Shown: positions 38,422-51,659, counted from the first letter of the stretch. The stretch: DNA of 64,000 bases from Squalus acanthias (GCA_030390025.1 CM059428.1:156116001-156180000); one strand, 5' to 3'. Program-made: numbers and translations. The notes: generated from the sequence alone by a model not told the origin.

Positions 38422-38841
38422 TCCTGTCAAAACACCAGATGCCAACTTGTTTACCATGAGCCATTGTCCTATCTCCTATCTCAAGACTACCTTGTTTCCC
38501 AATGTATTGACAAAAAGTAGTCAACAGGCACGAATCTCACATCCTGCACCTCAGCAGAAAATAAACAGCACAGTCAGCTAAATTGGACACTGATACATTC
38601 AACCCTAAAGCATCCTGGGAATTAACAACTTTAACTATTTCATTATTTCTAGCCACTGTACAAATCTACAAGCTATTTATAAGTCAAAAGAAAACGAAAA
38701 CCTTAATCATATGAGATTAAACCAAATCCTTATCTTACGTATGTATGTATAGATGAATAGGTTATTTTACAATCCCATTTGAAAATGATGCTGCAGTATG
38801 TGGATGGCATGGAGCACAGTAATAGACTTCTTATAGACAAG

Positions 38842-39556
38842 GGGTTAGAATTTCCAATTTGGGCGCAATCGCCAATCCTGGTGTAACTTGCGCCCAAAAT
38901 TCTGCTCGTTTTGTGAAGTTTTTTTCCCTCAAGTTTCTGCTCAAACTCACTTGCATATCGGCAAATGTAAAATCGGCCATGAACCAATGCAATCAGGCTG
39001 CGTTTTAGAAATTTATATTTAAAAAAAAATTCCTTGATATATTTAAGAGTGGTAACTTGGTGCAGTTTGATTACTACAGCTGAAAATGGGTTTATCACAA
39101 AAAATAAGCATTTTTAATCAGTGTCTAATCCACCACCTGTGAGTAACCCAATTTTAAATAACTGAAAATGACTTTCAAAAACTATACTGAACCATTTCCT
39201 AGTGTTATTGGTGTACATAATTCAGTTCCTTAGCAAATTTAAAAAAATATATATTCAGAAGCATTTAAACGTGCCTATTGGTGTCCTTGCACCAAAAAAA
39301 AAGAAGCTTCATTCCTAGAGCCTATTCGAAGGCCCGCAAACGAGCGCAATTAGCGGAAAATCGCCACGGTGATTAATTCGATCTGGGGGCGTGGGCAGGG
39401 CCGGATTCTAGTGCAGTGTTTTTTAAACTAGCGCGAAAGATCGCGGAAACTCGATTTGCGCTGAACGTTCTTTGCACTTAAAATTCCGCAATCTTTTGCC
39501 GATTTTGGGCGAATTGCGCGGAATAAAACAGCGTGACCGAGCGGAAACCCCAGGCC
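38842..39556. mobile_element. Non-autonomous Harbinger-type element
   Basis: Imperfect TIRs gggttagaatttcc / ggaaaccccaggcc, inverted subterminal gcgcccaaaat / attttgggcg, 3-bp TSD AAG, CpG-rich ends. Confidence 0.6.
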
Positions 39557-39789
39557 AAGATATCTTTTGGTTACTATTTTATTGTTATATTGCGTTATTT
39601 GCATTTTAGTTGGTGCAGTCATTTTTGTGGCTGTTTAGTCCTGCTTTTTTTTAAATATTGCAACACTTTCATTTCTAAATTCTTTTCTTACAACTGTCTC
39701 GCTTCCAGCTGCCATCTCATTTGCAGCAACCGAAATGGTCACGATTGGAATTCCTCTGGGGGCTCCGAAGAGGAGTTCTTGAGGGCTCA

Positions 39790-40210
39790 GAGAGGCAGGT
39801 GCAACTGTACCTTGCATGTTATATCTGCACCTATCCGTATCTCGGGAACCACATTTACTGACCCAGATGGTCTCTGCTGGATATGCATTCAGCACCTCTA
39901 CTTCGCAAAGAAGTCGCCACACGGCTGTGCCATCTCTGGGAGGCTGGCCTGTAGACAACTTGAAACATCTCTTCCTGCAGGGGTGCATTCAACTTTTACG
40001 TCATAGATACATCAAGTGAGAGACTGAGGCCTTGTTTGCAAGGGGCAACTTGTTCACTACTTTCCCTGTGGAAAAGAGGCATCATCTCAACAGGGCACAG
40101 AACATTTCTCAAGTGCCAGGGTTCACTTCAGTACAGGGTATAGAAGGTAGTACCCATCCACTGGCCACCATTCCTGACCAGCAAGGTGCACCGCTGTTCT
40201 CTGGAGAGTG
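39790..40210 (+). pseudogene. Second Harbinger transposase remnant (N-terminal half)
   Basis: Frameshifted CIQHLYF-KEVATRLCHL, TEALFARGNLFTTF and RAQNISQVPGFTSVQGIEGSTH (cf. AGFPxVQGAIDCTH). Confidence 0.6.
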
Positions 40211-40453
40211 TGCACTCAAGTACCAAACAAGGTGACCCAAGTTTGCATTGAAATTGCAGTTTTTGAGTTCGATCAATAAAATGGACCTGATCCCTAGTAA
40301 ATATTGTTTCAACTTGTTACCAACATTTCCTCTTTGTATTTCATGATAAATGTCTATTAGTAAAGACAGATTTTTCATTGTATAATTTCCCTTATTATTT
40401 TAGGCAGTAAATATTTATGTGCATTATTGATTTGTTTCCCCCTCCCCTTTAAG

Positions 40454-40662
40454 ATGTTCCCTATGATGAGCTCAGGAGCTCCCGTCAGTGAATATCCGTT
40501 TGTCAGGACTGGACTCTTGGGCTTTGTTGGTCCTGGTGGAATGGTCTTTGTTGTGGGGAAAATGGATGGCCTGATGGTTGTCAGTGGGCGGCGGCACAAT
40601 GCAGACGACATCGTGGCAACAGCGCTCGCAGTGGAACCAATGAAATTTGTCTACAGAGGAAG
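40454..40662 (+). CDS. DIP2C: DIP2C exon 12: MFPMMSSGAPVSEYPFVRTGLLGFVGPGGMVFVVGKMDGLMVVSGRRHNADDIVATALAVEPMKFVYRG
   Basis: tttaag| acceptor, |gtctgt donor, 209 nt, phase 0 to 2; adenylate-forming-enzyme-like RTG and GRRHN motifs. Confidence 0.94.
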
Positions 40663-42176
40663 GTCTGTGTCTACACTTGGCTTGTATAAACATAAAGCTC
40701 CAGCGTTGATCATGCAAAATGTTTTGCGTTGACCCTGAATTCTGATTTCAAGCATAAATTGTGTAATTCAGATTGGTCAAAGTAAACATATTGATGATCG
40801 TGGGTATTCGATGGAAAACTGATTTTGAACGACAGTTTTTAAATTTAAGTGTTGCAATTCAATCACAGGCGTTAAAAGTTCTATCATCAACTGTGAAACA
40901 TTTTGTTTTATTTCAGGCTGTGAAACATCAAATTGTTCAACTTAAATTCCTACGTGGAATTTCCAATAATTGTCTGCCAAAATTTGGATTATATACCATC
41001 AGCCTTTACGTTTTTTTTAATATAAATCTTGCATCTAACATGCATCCATCACAATCCAGGCATCCCACTTCAAAGCACGCACTTTATTACAGGTACAAAA
41101 TGTCCTTTAACAGATAGAAGCCAACCAGTGACCTGGAGCCTGAAATTTACTGACTTCAAATTTACCTCCGTTACATATACCAGTAGATACAGTTACTTAT
41201 ATTCTCATGGGGGGAGCACTTGAAGAGTAGCCTTAAAGGTTTAGAGCTAGGCATCGCATCAGATGATCCAGAATACCTGTCAGCAATGCCATGGGAGATT
41301 TGCTAGTTTATAATAATCATACACCTTTGAAGTGGGCATATCTTCATTCATTTGGCACTGTTTACTTTGACCTACTTTAGTTGGAAAAAAAATATCCAGG
41401 ACATATTATTTCGACTGCTAAGTGTTTCTCACCGTTGTTAATCCCTTAGTGTGGAAATCATTACATGCCAACTTTATGCTTCACTCTCATGGTTCAATTC
41501 AGTCCCTTTGATCAGACTAATTGTGCTTGTCACTCACTCCCGGGCATTCATTATTCTCCATATTGTCTGCTACACACATCTGATCAAAATATTGCTTTCA
41601 CATCAATGTGAAAGAACAAAATCTTGAATGATAAAATGAAATGAATAAAATTCTGATTGAATTGTATATTTGAGCTTTAATGCATTTACAGATATGTCAT
41701 TCGGAAAATGGACATATCCTGCAGATATGAAACATTTTGGCATTAAGCAAGCTTGTATTATCAACTGAAAAGGTTCAAAACATAATATATTACATCCATT
41801 GAAAAGAGGAAAAAAAAGGTCATAATGAGCTACGGTAAAGAGACAAAAATAACCATGAAGCAATTAATTAATTTAACTGTTGGGACTATTTACATGAGGG
41901 TTTATAATGAGACAATTCACACTCAGGCCAAGTGTGAAAAGCTTCAGGTCTGCATATTAATTCAAATTTAAGTTAACTCTGGCCAACTAAAGTGCTTTAA
42001 CCTTGAAAATTAGGGTGTTATTGCAATAAAAGTTAGGACTGATAGTATAAAATGAATAGGAGCTTATTTTGAAGTTCAGTAATTTTGTTGTTGGATTACA
42101 GAATGTAAAGTAACAGTACTGTGTGATCTTTCAGAGCTTATAGTTTAATTTGATTCTGATCTCTGTCTGTTAACAG

Positions 42177-42291
42177 AATAGCTGTGTTTTCTATAAATGT
42201 TTTGCATGATGAGAGGATCGTAATCATTGCTGAACAGAGACCAGATTCTACTGAGGAAGATAGCTTTCAGTGGATGAGTAGAGTCCTTCAG
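42177..42291 (+). CDS. DIP2C: DIP2C exon 13: (R)IAVFSINVLHDERIVIIAEQRPDSTEEDSFQWMSRVLQ
   Basis: taacag| and |gtaaag, 115 nt, phase 2 to 0. Confidence 0.96.
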
Positions 42292-43483
42292 GTAAAGATG
42301 AATGATCAGCAGAAGTGCATTTGATTTAAATATGGCAAAAAGGCCACTGACGTTTTGACATCAAATCGAGAGCCCAGTTATCAGCTGGAGATTGTGCGTA
42401 TGGTGTAAAAATATGCCTTTGATTATTGCGTCCAGCGATCTTTGCTGGAAGTGTGACTGTAGGACATTGGATGAGGACAGGGTTGGGCTTGACTGTGATG
42501 ACCCCATCAATGAATTGGCCACTGACACTCACTAACCAGACTCACGATTCAAGATTGGCCATTTGGGCAAAGTGCTTCAGCATTGCTGCTGCCCCCATGG
42601 AATTATACTCCAATATGAATTGTGGCCTTCAAATAAGGAGAGGTAAGGGGAGAAAATTAAAGGCAAGGAGTTATGCTTTCACATAAACTTGTATCCTCTT
42701 TTCACCGTTATATTTTTTGCCAGTGTTGCTCATCTATCGGATCATGTGCTGAGTGGAAATCCTTTTAAAATAGGCTGTTGAAATTTTCACATTGTTAACC
42801 ATCGGGAATTCTTTTTTTAAATTAGCCTTGGCTTTAGAAGGATATTTTCTCCTTGGACTTGTACTGACAAAGACTTCATTAACAATAACTTAATGTCTTT
42901 GTTTTCATAAGTATCACTTCTGTTTGGCGGGGGGGGGGAAGATAATTTAGAAAATGTTACCTAAAATCGGCCACTGCTTATCTAAGAAACCACGCCATTC
43001 ACCAAATATATCGGATCATATTTCTAATACTCTCGACCACTGTGCTTGAGATGTTAAAGTGCAGTTATGCTAGCTTTAACTCTAACTTATTGAAGTTGTT
43101 TCTTTGGGGCTGCTGATCCAGAAGCCTTGTGTGTTATGCACTTTCTGTTTAATGGAGTTCTTAAGCATAACTGTATAATGCCAATCTCTGATTAAAGAAA
43201 TGCTCATGTACAAATAAACCAAGATAGAAACAATTTTAAAAATGATTTTGTATGAAAGTACAATCGTATGTCAGATACATTCTCTTCTTCACCATTTTTA
43301 TGTACAGAATTCATTCAATGTATGTTGGCGATATCATTTATATTCTATTTATACACATATATATATTTATACTTTTCTCTCTTTTGAAAATACTTAGTGT
43401 GACAATAGGAGGTATGATTGTGTAAGTGATAGTTGTGTGAATAAATATATGTAACTTTTTTTTAACAATATGTTTTTCTAAAG

Positions 43484-43685
43484 GCAATCGACGGTATTCA
43501 TCAAGTAGGGGTTTACTGTTTGGCTCTAGTACCAGCTAATACTCTTCCAAAAACTCCTCTGGGTGGTATACACCTCTCTGAAACCAAACAGTGCTTCTTA
43601 GAAGGTTCCCTCCACCCGTGCAATGTGTTAATGTGTCCACACACTTGCGTAACAAACCTGCCCAAGCCAAGACAGAAACAGCCAG
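43484..43685 (+). CDS. DIP2C: DIP2C exon 14: AIDGIHQVGVYCLALVPANTLPKTPLGGIHLSETKQCFLEGSLHPCNVLMCPHTCVTNLPKPRQKQP
   Basis: ctaaag| and |gtaaag, 202 nt, phase 0 to 1. Confidence 0.96.
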
Positions 43686-43930
43686 GTAAAGTTTTTTCTT
43701 ACGGAAGCTAAATGTTGAGTTATACGCTATATAAATATTTGAAGAATTAAATTAAAGGGGTGTCCAATATCATAATACATGCTGTGTAGCCAAGGGTAGA
43801 TTATCTTCTGATTCCTTTTAATTCATTTCTACTTTTGAGTTTGAAAATTATGCTGTCACTTTGAAACAGCAAGTTAAAATAAGTGAAATATTTTGAAGTT
43901 TTTTTTTAATACTATTGTACATCAAATATA

Positions 43931-44358
43931 TTTTTTTAATGTATTCATTCACAGGATGTGGGCGCCGCTGGCTAGGCCAGCATTTATTGCCCATCCCTAA
44001 TTGCCTTTGAGAAGGTGGTGGTGAGCCTGCAGTCCATCATAGCAGTTTTGTTTGGTACAACTGAGTGGCTTGCTAGGCCATTTCAGAGGTCAATTAAGAG
44101 TCAACCACATTGCCGCGGGTCTGGAGCCACATATAGGCCAGACCGGGTAAGGACGGCAGGTTTCCTTCCCTAAAGAACATTCGTGAACCAGTTGGATTTT
44201 TACAACAATTTCATGGTCACCATTACCAATACTAACTTTTTATTTCCAGATTTATTTAATTAACTGAATTGAATTTCTCCAACTCACGTCTCTGGATCAT
44301 TAGTCCAGGCCTCTGGATTACAAATCCAGTAACATAACCACTATGCGACCGTACCCCT
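43931..44358 (-). mobile_element. Full-length tRNA-SINE (24384 family) with 13-bp TSD
   Basis: TSD tacatcaaatata at 43918-43930 and 44359-44371; reverse complement of 24384..24740. Confidence 0.9.
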
Positions 44359-44507
44359 TACATCAAATATACCGACAAAAAAGGAATGCTACCATAGTAG
44401 CTTATTTTCACAATTAAAGAAAGGAAGAGTGCAGTTTATAAACTGATTGTCTTTTGATGGTTACAATTTACTGAAATGCATTTTCTGGATTTTCCTGCTC
44501 TCTACAG

Positions 44508-44617
44508 AGATCGGTCCTGCTTCTGTTATGGTCGGGAATCTGGTGTCAGGGAAGAGGATTGCCCAGGCCAGTGGAAGAGATTTAGGACAGATTGAAGACA
44601 ATGATCAAGGTAGAAAG
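44508..44617 (+). CDS. DIP2C: DIP2C exon 15: (E)IGPASVMVGNLVSGKRIAQASGRDLGQIEDNDQGRK
   Basis: ctacag| and |gtgagt, 110 nt, phase 1 to 0. Confidence 0.96.
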
Positions 44618-44746
44618 GTGAGTAATATTGAGTTTCAGCTCACTCTGAATGGACTATCCTGTGACAAGCTGTCACTTGAGCTTCTGTAAAACTAAAATTG
44701 ACAATTACAGATTTTTAGATTGATGAGATTCAAAACATACAATATA

Positions 44747-45165
44747 GGGCCAAAAATCTGCAGCCTTTCCAACATGCTCCAGCTGTGGTAGTGGTGGGGA
44801 GAAGGGCCAGGAATTCAGTCAGCGCCTGTAAATTGGCCAGCTGCTAGTGGAAGTGAGGCCTTTTGACTTGAAGATTGTGGAAAGAAATTGTCATCAAATT
44901 TCAGTTACCTTATTAAGGAGCTGTGGGCTAATTTATAACACCTTTCTCAGGGGTGGTGGTGGGCCTCTGGCACATGCCCGTCAGGATTTCTGGCCTCCCC
45001 TGATTGGCAGGTGTTGAGTTGCAGCCCTGCTGACTTCATCACCCACCATTGGTATTATAATGAGATGACCTTCCCTTGTCCCCACATATAAGGCCAGTGT
45101 TGGCTCTCACCAGTACTGCATTCTGGCACTTAGGCTAGGATGTTAGGCCCCTGGATTTTTGGCTC
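44747..45165. mobile_element. Harbinger-type non-autonomous element
   Basis: TIRs gggccaaaaatc / gatttttggctc, flanks ATA and TTA. Confidence 0.55.
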
Positions 45166-46396
45166 TTATATGATTGTGTCATTTTTGTGGATAGCGAGTC
45201 AGCAGTATTTCAACAAAAATTCTAGTTGGTTTTGAAAATTTAAATTAAATTTGACTTATTCTGAAAATTAACGCTGCCAGGCATGCTACTTTGACGTCCA
45301 TTTATGCTTTTAAAATAATAATCAAACTAAATTTTTTAGCATACATTTTTTGCACTTACAGAATATCTAAACATTTATGAAGGGCAATTTTATGAGTGCA
45401 CACAAAAGAAACAAGTATTTAAATGTATAATGAGCATCAAGACTACAGATATGCTTACTTGTCTAGAGGGTGGGGAGCTACTAGACACATGTGGAAAAGT
45501 TTGGGAGGTGGACAAAAGTTTGGGATTTAAAGGAAGAGATGATGATGTATGACAACTGGCCTGAGGAGATCACTGACTCAGGTTACAGAGTGAAGAAATG
45601 GTTCCTTTTCACCTCTGACTTTCGTTTCGATTACTTACCTCTGCCTCGCTGTGATTTATTCTTTTATTCTGGGGTTTTTGCTTCCTTGCTACAGCATTAC
45701 CTCTGGTGGGTCCAAGAACTGGACCGTGGGAAAAAAGATTTCTAAACTTCACTCTTTTCCTATATCTCGTTGGTCAAAGACAGTGCTGGGGCGCAGATGT
45801 CTAATCTTTATTAAATTGCAATTTTCATTTAAGGTCTGGGAACTGTGGGCATTAAACCTACTCATGAGGGTCAGCCTAAACAAAATGATGTTCCAATGTT
45901 GGAGTTTTTCAGTTTCTCACAGCTATCCGCATGACTGCTCTGATTGAGATTGGTGATTTAGTGACATTTTGTGCTGAATTACAAGGAAGTTTGCTTTATA
46001 GATCTGTGCTAACATCGGAATTGAGTTGCACAATCTCATTTTACATAGGACTGTACACTCAGCACAAAGCAGCATTTTCACCCCATTAATCCAGACTGGA
46101 TTCAAGACCAGAATACAGAGACAAAAGGATCATGTGTTAGGCCCCTGGACCGTCCAGTTCTTATCTTCATTTTTTTCTCTGAAAATTACTGCCTACAATG
46201 TTAATCTAGTGTTGTGCTAGCTCTTTTTAGTTACATATATTTAAATTTTCCCATGCCTATATTTCTTCTGCTACCCCATCACATTTCTAGCAACCACTGT
46301 GAGCTTTACTGTAGGTTTTTCCATGACCTCTGTAAATCTCATTCTGAGACCTTGTTAGATGTCTGTAGGGAAGTGGGACAACAGTGTTTGTGACCT

Positions 46397-46528
46397 AAAA
46401 AGAGAGAAAATTCTGGAAATACTCAGCAGGTCAGGCAGCATCTGTGGAGAGAGAAACAGAGTTAACGTTTCAAGTCGATGACCCTTCGTCAGAACTGGAA
46501 AAAGTTGGAGATGGGACAGGTTTTTAAG
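46397..46528 (-). mobile_element. 132-bp Penelope-type pLTR insert with 15-bp TSD and hammerhead motif
   Basis: TSD cagtgtttgtgacct at 46382-46396 and 46529-46543. Confidence 0.8.
46460..46496 (-). ncRNA. Minimal type I hammerhead ribozyme motif (antisense to DIP2C)
   Basis: AGUU-CUGACGA-A-GGGUC-AUC-GACUU-GAAA-CG-UU-AACU: core boxes, stems I and II, palindromic AACGUU at stem III. Confidence 0.65.
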
Positions 46529-46687
46529 CAGTGTTTGTGACCTGTTCTTCTTCCCATCCAAAATTCTCAGGTTATTTATACAATAAATCATGTAGGATTT
46601 TAGCACCAAAATAGAATCTTATCCACACTATCGCTATCTCACATGATTGCATTTTTTAAGCCCATAATTGCTATGCTTTTGTTTCAG

Positions 46688-46768
46688 TTTATGTTTCTGG
46701 CTGAAGTTCTACAATGGCGTGCACAAACTACTCCTGACCACATACTTTTCACACTACTGAACTCTAGG
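46688..46768 (+). CDS. DIP2C: DIP2C exon 16: FMFLAEVLQWRAQTTPDHILFTLLNSR
   Basis: tttcag| and |gtaagt, 81 nt, phase 0 to 0; start of the second FAAL-like domain. Confidence 0.95.
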
Positions 46769-47341
46769 GTAAGTCTTGCGTTAGCCAATAGTTGATTAAA
46801 GCAATTGGCCTATCTGCTGATGATGTCTGGACAATTGTGCACACATGCGCACATAAGTTATCATTTCATGCATTATTATTTCAGAGCGGTGAATTTGTTA
46901 ATGAATTGCATTCTATTGAGCCAGATGATTTGATAATGTTGAACCTGGTACCATTTTGATGATGCTGCTCTTGTTTAGGAACATTTGGCTGGCTGCTCTT
47001 TTCATCATACTTTTGGATAATCCCACTAATAAAAGGGGCTGTGTCAGATGGTGACGAAGTAGATACAGCGCTTAAGAGTATTGAGCTGCCGAAATAAGTT
47101 TGAATGCCAGACTTGGTTGACGTTTGCAATCTGGTTCACCTGGCTTAGACGTATAACTGAGGGAAGGAGTTCTGAGGAAAAGAGAAAGTGATCTGCTTCA
47201 CTCAAAGACCTGTCTTTCGGCCAACCATGGATTGCGTTGATGATACCCGTGGTAATGGCCACAGTTTATGGTCTTGTCCTTCCTCCCAACTGAAGATGAT
47301 TAGCTGCAGAAAATTACAAACATAAGGAACTACAACACATT

Positions 47342-47477
47342 GGGGGTGAAATTCGTCTTGGTCCGTAAGGCAAAATGGGCAATAGCGATTGGAAAAGAAA
47401 ATCAGGCGAAATGTTTAACAGGCTGCCGATTCACTGTCGCCCATTTTGTACTACTGCCCAGGACAAATTTCACCCCC
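47342..47477. mobile_element. Harbinger-type MITE
   Basis: TIRs gggggtgaaattcgtcttgg / ccaggacaaatttcaccccc, perfect 3-bp TSD ATT. Confidence 0.85.
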
Positions 47478-48570
47478 ATTATTTCTTCACGTCAGTCCAT
47501 TGTTCATGTAACCCGAAGGAGCACACTGGAGTAACAAAATGGCTATATCACTGACTTACTGCTGTTGTCATTCAGTCTTTGAATCTCCTGGTAATTTACT
47601 TTGGTGTTTAGGGAGATTAATAGTGGCACAGTCGACCAATAAAGTAAGTGAAATAGCTGAAGCTTTAGCCTGGTGCTCTGACAATGAGTTCCATCTATGT
47701 TCAGTAAATCTCATCTGCATTCCTGCAGTCCAGTCACATAATTCACTTCTTTATAAAAAAAAAGGTTAATTACCAGAAGAATTCGGGTTGTGTTTACATT
47801 GTTCTACAATTTTAATTATGTTTATTATTTGGCTTGTGTTGATGGTTCATATAATTTATCTTGGTATAATTGACCACAAGAAGGCAATGATGTACTTTAA
47901 AAAAAAAAAAATAGGCTTATCACGGTAGTGATGGTACTCTACCATTTACAAATACATCTTCAAATCCAGGGGGAAAAAACCATATTCTCTTTGATAAAAT
48001 ATCGTGTGTATGTGCAGATGTATTAATGACAGCTCATTTTAAGCAGTACATGCTGGGATTGCCGATCATGCACAGTTATACACCTTGTTGAAATCTATTT
48101 TAAGTTTTCAGTTGTGGCAGTAAAACCATTAACTGAAAATTGGTTTCCTGTTGTTTCTGCACTTTCGCATTAAATTGAAGTGCCATTCTCAGTATTCGGT
48201 TTTAAAATAAGATTGATAAAATCTGTGAGAAGTGATCATTCTGTCAAGAGTGGGCCGTGCATTTAAAGAAATAATCAAAATTGGAGGGTCCAGTCCAAGA
48301 ACTCGAGGAGAAGCCCCACTACCGTCACCTTGGACACCGAAGGATGGGCAATAAACGCAGCCATGCTAGTGTCGCCCATGCCCTGAGAACAAATATATTT
48401 TTTTTAAATGTTATTAATGATGAGTCTGGTAAATTTGGAGATATTTTCTTTTCTCTCCGCTGCTAAAAGGTTTTCTGACACTTGTCTACAAATTCTGCCA
48501 TTGCCTGTAATATGGCAGCCACCTTGCAATCTCTTCTCAAGTCTCTGATTGTCAGAGAAGTGAAAAAAAA

Positions 48571-49015
48571 AAAGACAGACTTGCATTTATATAGCGCCAT
48601 TCATGACCACCGGACATCCCAAAGCACTTTACAGCCAATTGTTTTGAAGTGTAGTCGCTGTTGTTATGTAGGAAACGCAGCAGCCAATTTGTGCATAGCA
48701 AGCACCCACAAACAGCAATGTGATAATGACCAGATAATCTGAATTTTTTTGTTATGTTGATTGAGGGATAAATATTGACCAGGACACCGGGGATAACTCC
48801 CCTGCTCTTCTTCAAAATAGTGCCGTGGGATCTTTTACATCCACCTGAGAGAGCAGACGGGGCCTCGGTTTAACGTTGCATCCGAAAGACGGCACCTCCG
48901 ACAGTGCAGCACTCCCTCAGTACTGCACTGGAGTGTCAGCCTAGATTTTACTGCTCAAGTCTCTGGAGTGGGACTTGATCCCTCAACCTTCTGACTCAGA
49001 GGGGATGGTGCTACC
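48571..49015 (-). mobile_element. DeuSINE (SacSINE1-like)
   Basis: High-identity reverse complement of 29404..29848. Confidence 0.9.
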
Positions 49016-49504
49016 TTCGAGTGATGGCAAAGCCATCAGATGATTCTTCGGAGTGCTGTATTTCAGGAGAACCGTACTTCTTGGCAGGACCCGCTACACA
49101 TACCACCTTTAGAATCCAATTTTCTTAGCAGCAAAGAGGAAAGTAAACCAATGGGTAAACTGTCAGACTTTTTGCTACCATTACCAAAAATCCAGTTTAA
49201 TTCAATGGAATCTCCACCCTCATGCATAAATTTCAGGAAAATTTCCTCAAATGTACAGCCATATTGATTTGTGAGACACCATTTTATGGAATTCATTTTA
49301 CTGCTTCATTTAATAACCTTTCTACTCGTCAAAACTAATTAAACCCTTTAGTGCAAAAATGTTATTTGAGGTTATCTTTTGCAGTTAGAAGTATAGAACC
49401 AGATGCTTATTCAGGGAAGTTTTTCAAAAGTGGGTATAATGAGCATTTGGTCATCTTTACAGGATGATGAAATAAAAGATTTTAAATTTTAATTTAGAAT
49501 GCAG

Positions 49505-51190
49505 AATGTTCCAACATAGAAACTTGCCATTCGGCCCATCGCATCTGCAAAGGTGTTTTTCCTCCATGAGTCACTCAGTCAAGATCCCACTTTTCTGTTC
49601 ACTCCCCATACTCTTCAATATTTCTATCTTTCAAGCAACTATCTAATTAGCTTTTGAAAGAATTTTGGGGCTCTGCTTCAACAAGTTTTTGGGGCAGAGC
49701 ATTTCACATTCTATCTATTCTCGGTGTCAAGAATTTTTCCATTCTCCCCTTTAATTCCTTTGTGGTCATCTTAAATTTATGCCCTCTTGTTGTCGTCTCA
49801 CCAACCAATGGATACAATCCACCACTGTTTGCTTTGCCATAACGTTCATAATCTTGAAGGCCTCTATCAGGTCACCTGTTGACCTCCTATCTCTAGTGAA
49901 AAAACCCTACCTTCTCTCTTCACACTAACCCTTCATCCCTGGTAATCTCTTAGTGAATCTACATTGCAACATTTCCATTACTTTTATATCCACTCTCTAA
50001 CGGGTACCCAATACTATAAATGTAGCCTAATTAAAGTCTTATATAAGTTCAACATTAACTCCTTGCTTTTGTATTCTATGCCTCCAGCTACAAAATCTAT
50101 TTTTTTTCCTTTTTGCTGGCCTCATCTGCTTGTGTTGCCACTTTTAATGACCTATGTATCTGCATACCAAGGGATATGTTTGCCCCTCTACTCCATTTAC
50201 AATCTTATGATTTAAGATGAATTTATTTTCTCTCTTCGCATTTGAGTAGACTAGGCCTATATTCCCTAGAGTTTAGAAGAATGAGAGGTGATCTCATTGA
50301 AACATACAAAATTCTTACAGGGCTTGACAGGGTAGATGCAGGGAGGATGTTTCCCCTGGCTGTGGAGTCCAGAACCAGGGGTCACAGTCTCAGAATAAGG
50401 GGTCGACCATTTAGGACTGAGATGAGGAGAAATTTCTTCACTCAGAGGGTGGTGAATCTTTGGAATTCTCTACCCCAGAGAGCTGTGGAGGCTCAGTTGT
50501 TGAGTATATTCAAGACAGAGATCGATATATTTTTGGATATTAAGGGAATCAAGGGATATGGCGATAGTGCAGGAAAGTGGAGTTGAGGTAGAAGATCAGC
50601 CATGATCTTATTGAATGGTGGAGCAGGCTCGAGGGGCCAAATGGCCTACTCCTGCTCTTATTTCTTATCTTCTTATTCATTCTTGTGAAATATTACTTGA
50701 CATTTTTATGCATTCAACTGCATTTGCCACCTCTCCGCCCATCCTGCTAACCTATCTATGTTTTCTTGCAGACTTTCACAATCCTTGAGGGTTATGGCAA
50801 GCAAATTGCAATATTGTTTCCCCAATTCCAAAATCCAGATCATTTATGTGAATACTAAATTAGAGTGGCCACAACACCAACTGATGTGGAACACCACTCT
50901 TCATCTCTTTCTAGTCTGAGAAGTTTTTATTTACCCTTGTCCTTTGCTTTCTGTCCTCCAACCATCTCAATCCATATGGCCATATTCCCCTTAATTCCAT
51001 GTGCAGTTATCTCTGCTGTAACTCTCTTATGTGGTACTTTATCAGATGCTTTTGGAAAATCCTTATAAACCACATCCACTGCATTTCTTTATCCTCTGTT
51101 ATTTTTTCAAAGAATTCTATAAAATCTGTCAATCACAGCCTATATTTTAGACATCTCTGCTGACTAGTCCTGATCAACTTGCATTTCTCG
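49505..51190 (-). mobile_element. Old CR1 LINE fragment, interrupted by a younger + CR1
   Basis: Reverse-strand CR1 ORF2 3' motifs on both sides of 50242..50676. Confidence 0.75.
50242..50676 (+). mobile_element. Young CR1 LINE 3' end
   Basis: Open frame SRLGLYSLEFRRMRGDLIETYKILTGLDRVD...NFFTQRVVNLWNSLP plus 3' UTR and (ttctta)n tail. Confidence 0.92.
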
Positions 51191-51659
51191 CATACTTTAG
51201 TAATTCAATCAGTATTATAAACTCTAATGGTAGTTTCATTCTTCAGTATTTTGAAATTTGTGTGGGGGAAGTAGAAATATAAAATAAGATTTGACATTGG
51301 GTAATTTATTTTGTCCCATAATGTAAAATGAAAGGCACAGGAGAGGATGCTTCACTTTTTAAAACATTTTCAGTGTATTATATATTTTGTGATATTTATT
51401 GGTATTTCTGTAAATAAAAGTTAGCAATTGGGTATTTTTCCTTCAATAAAAATTAAGAAAGCTCTGGTTGAAGAACAAACCACTTTGAGTGGTTTAGCAA
51501 TTGTGATTTAAACTTTTCGGAGTTAATATCCAACATGCATTCTGATGCTGGGTGTGAATGCTCTTTCTAATTCTTTAATCCCTCCTAACTTTCCAGTGAG
51601 AGAATTATTTGAGCTGTCATAGAAGCAATCACATTTTACCTTTTATGTTTGTTTACCAG

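Noticed and set aside
44609-44617. Alternative donor caag|gtagaa 8 nt inside exon 15 (and alternative acceptor cctaacag 16 nt before exon 19)
   Set aside because: Both would shift the frame, and the annotated sites are stronger and match the expected protein.
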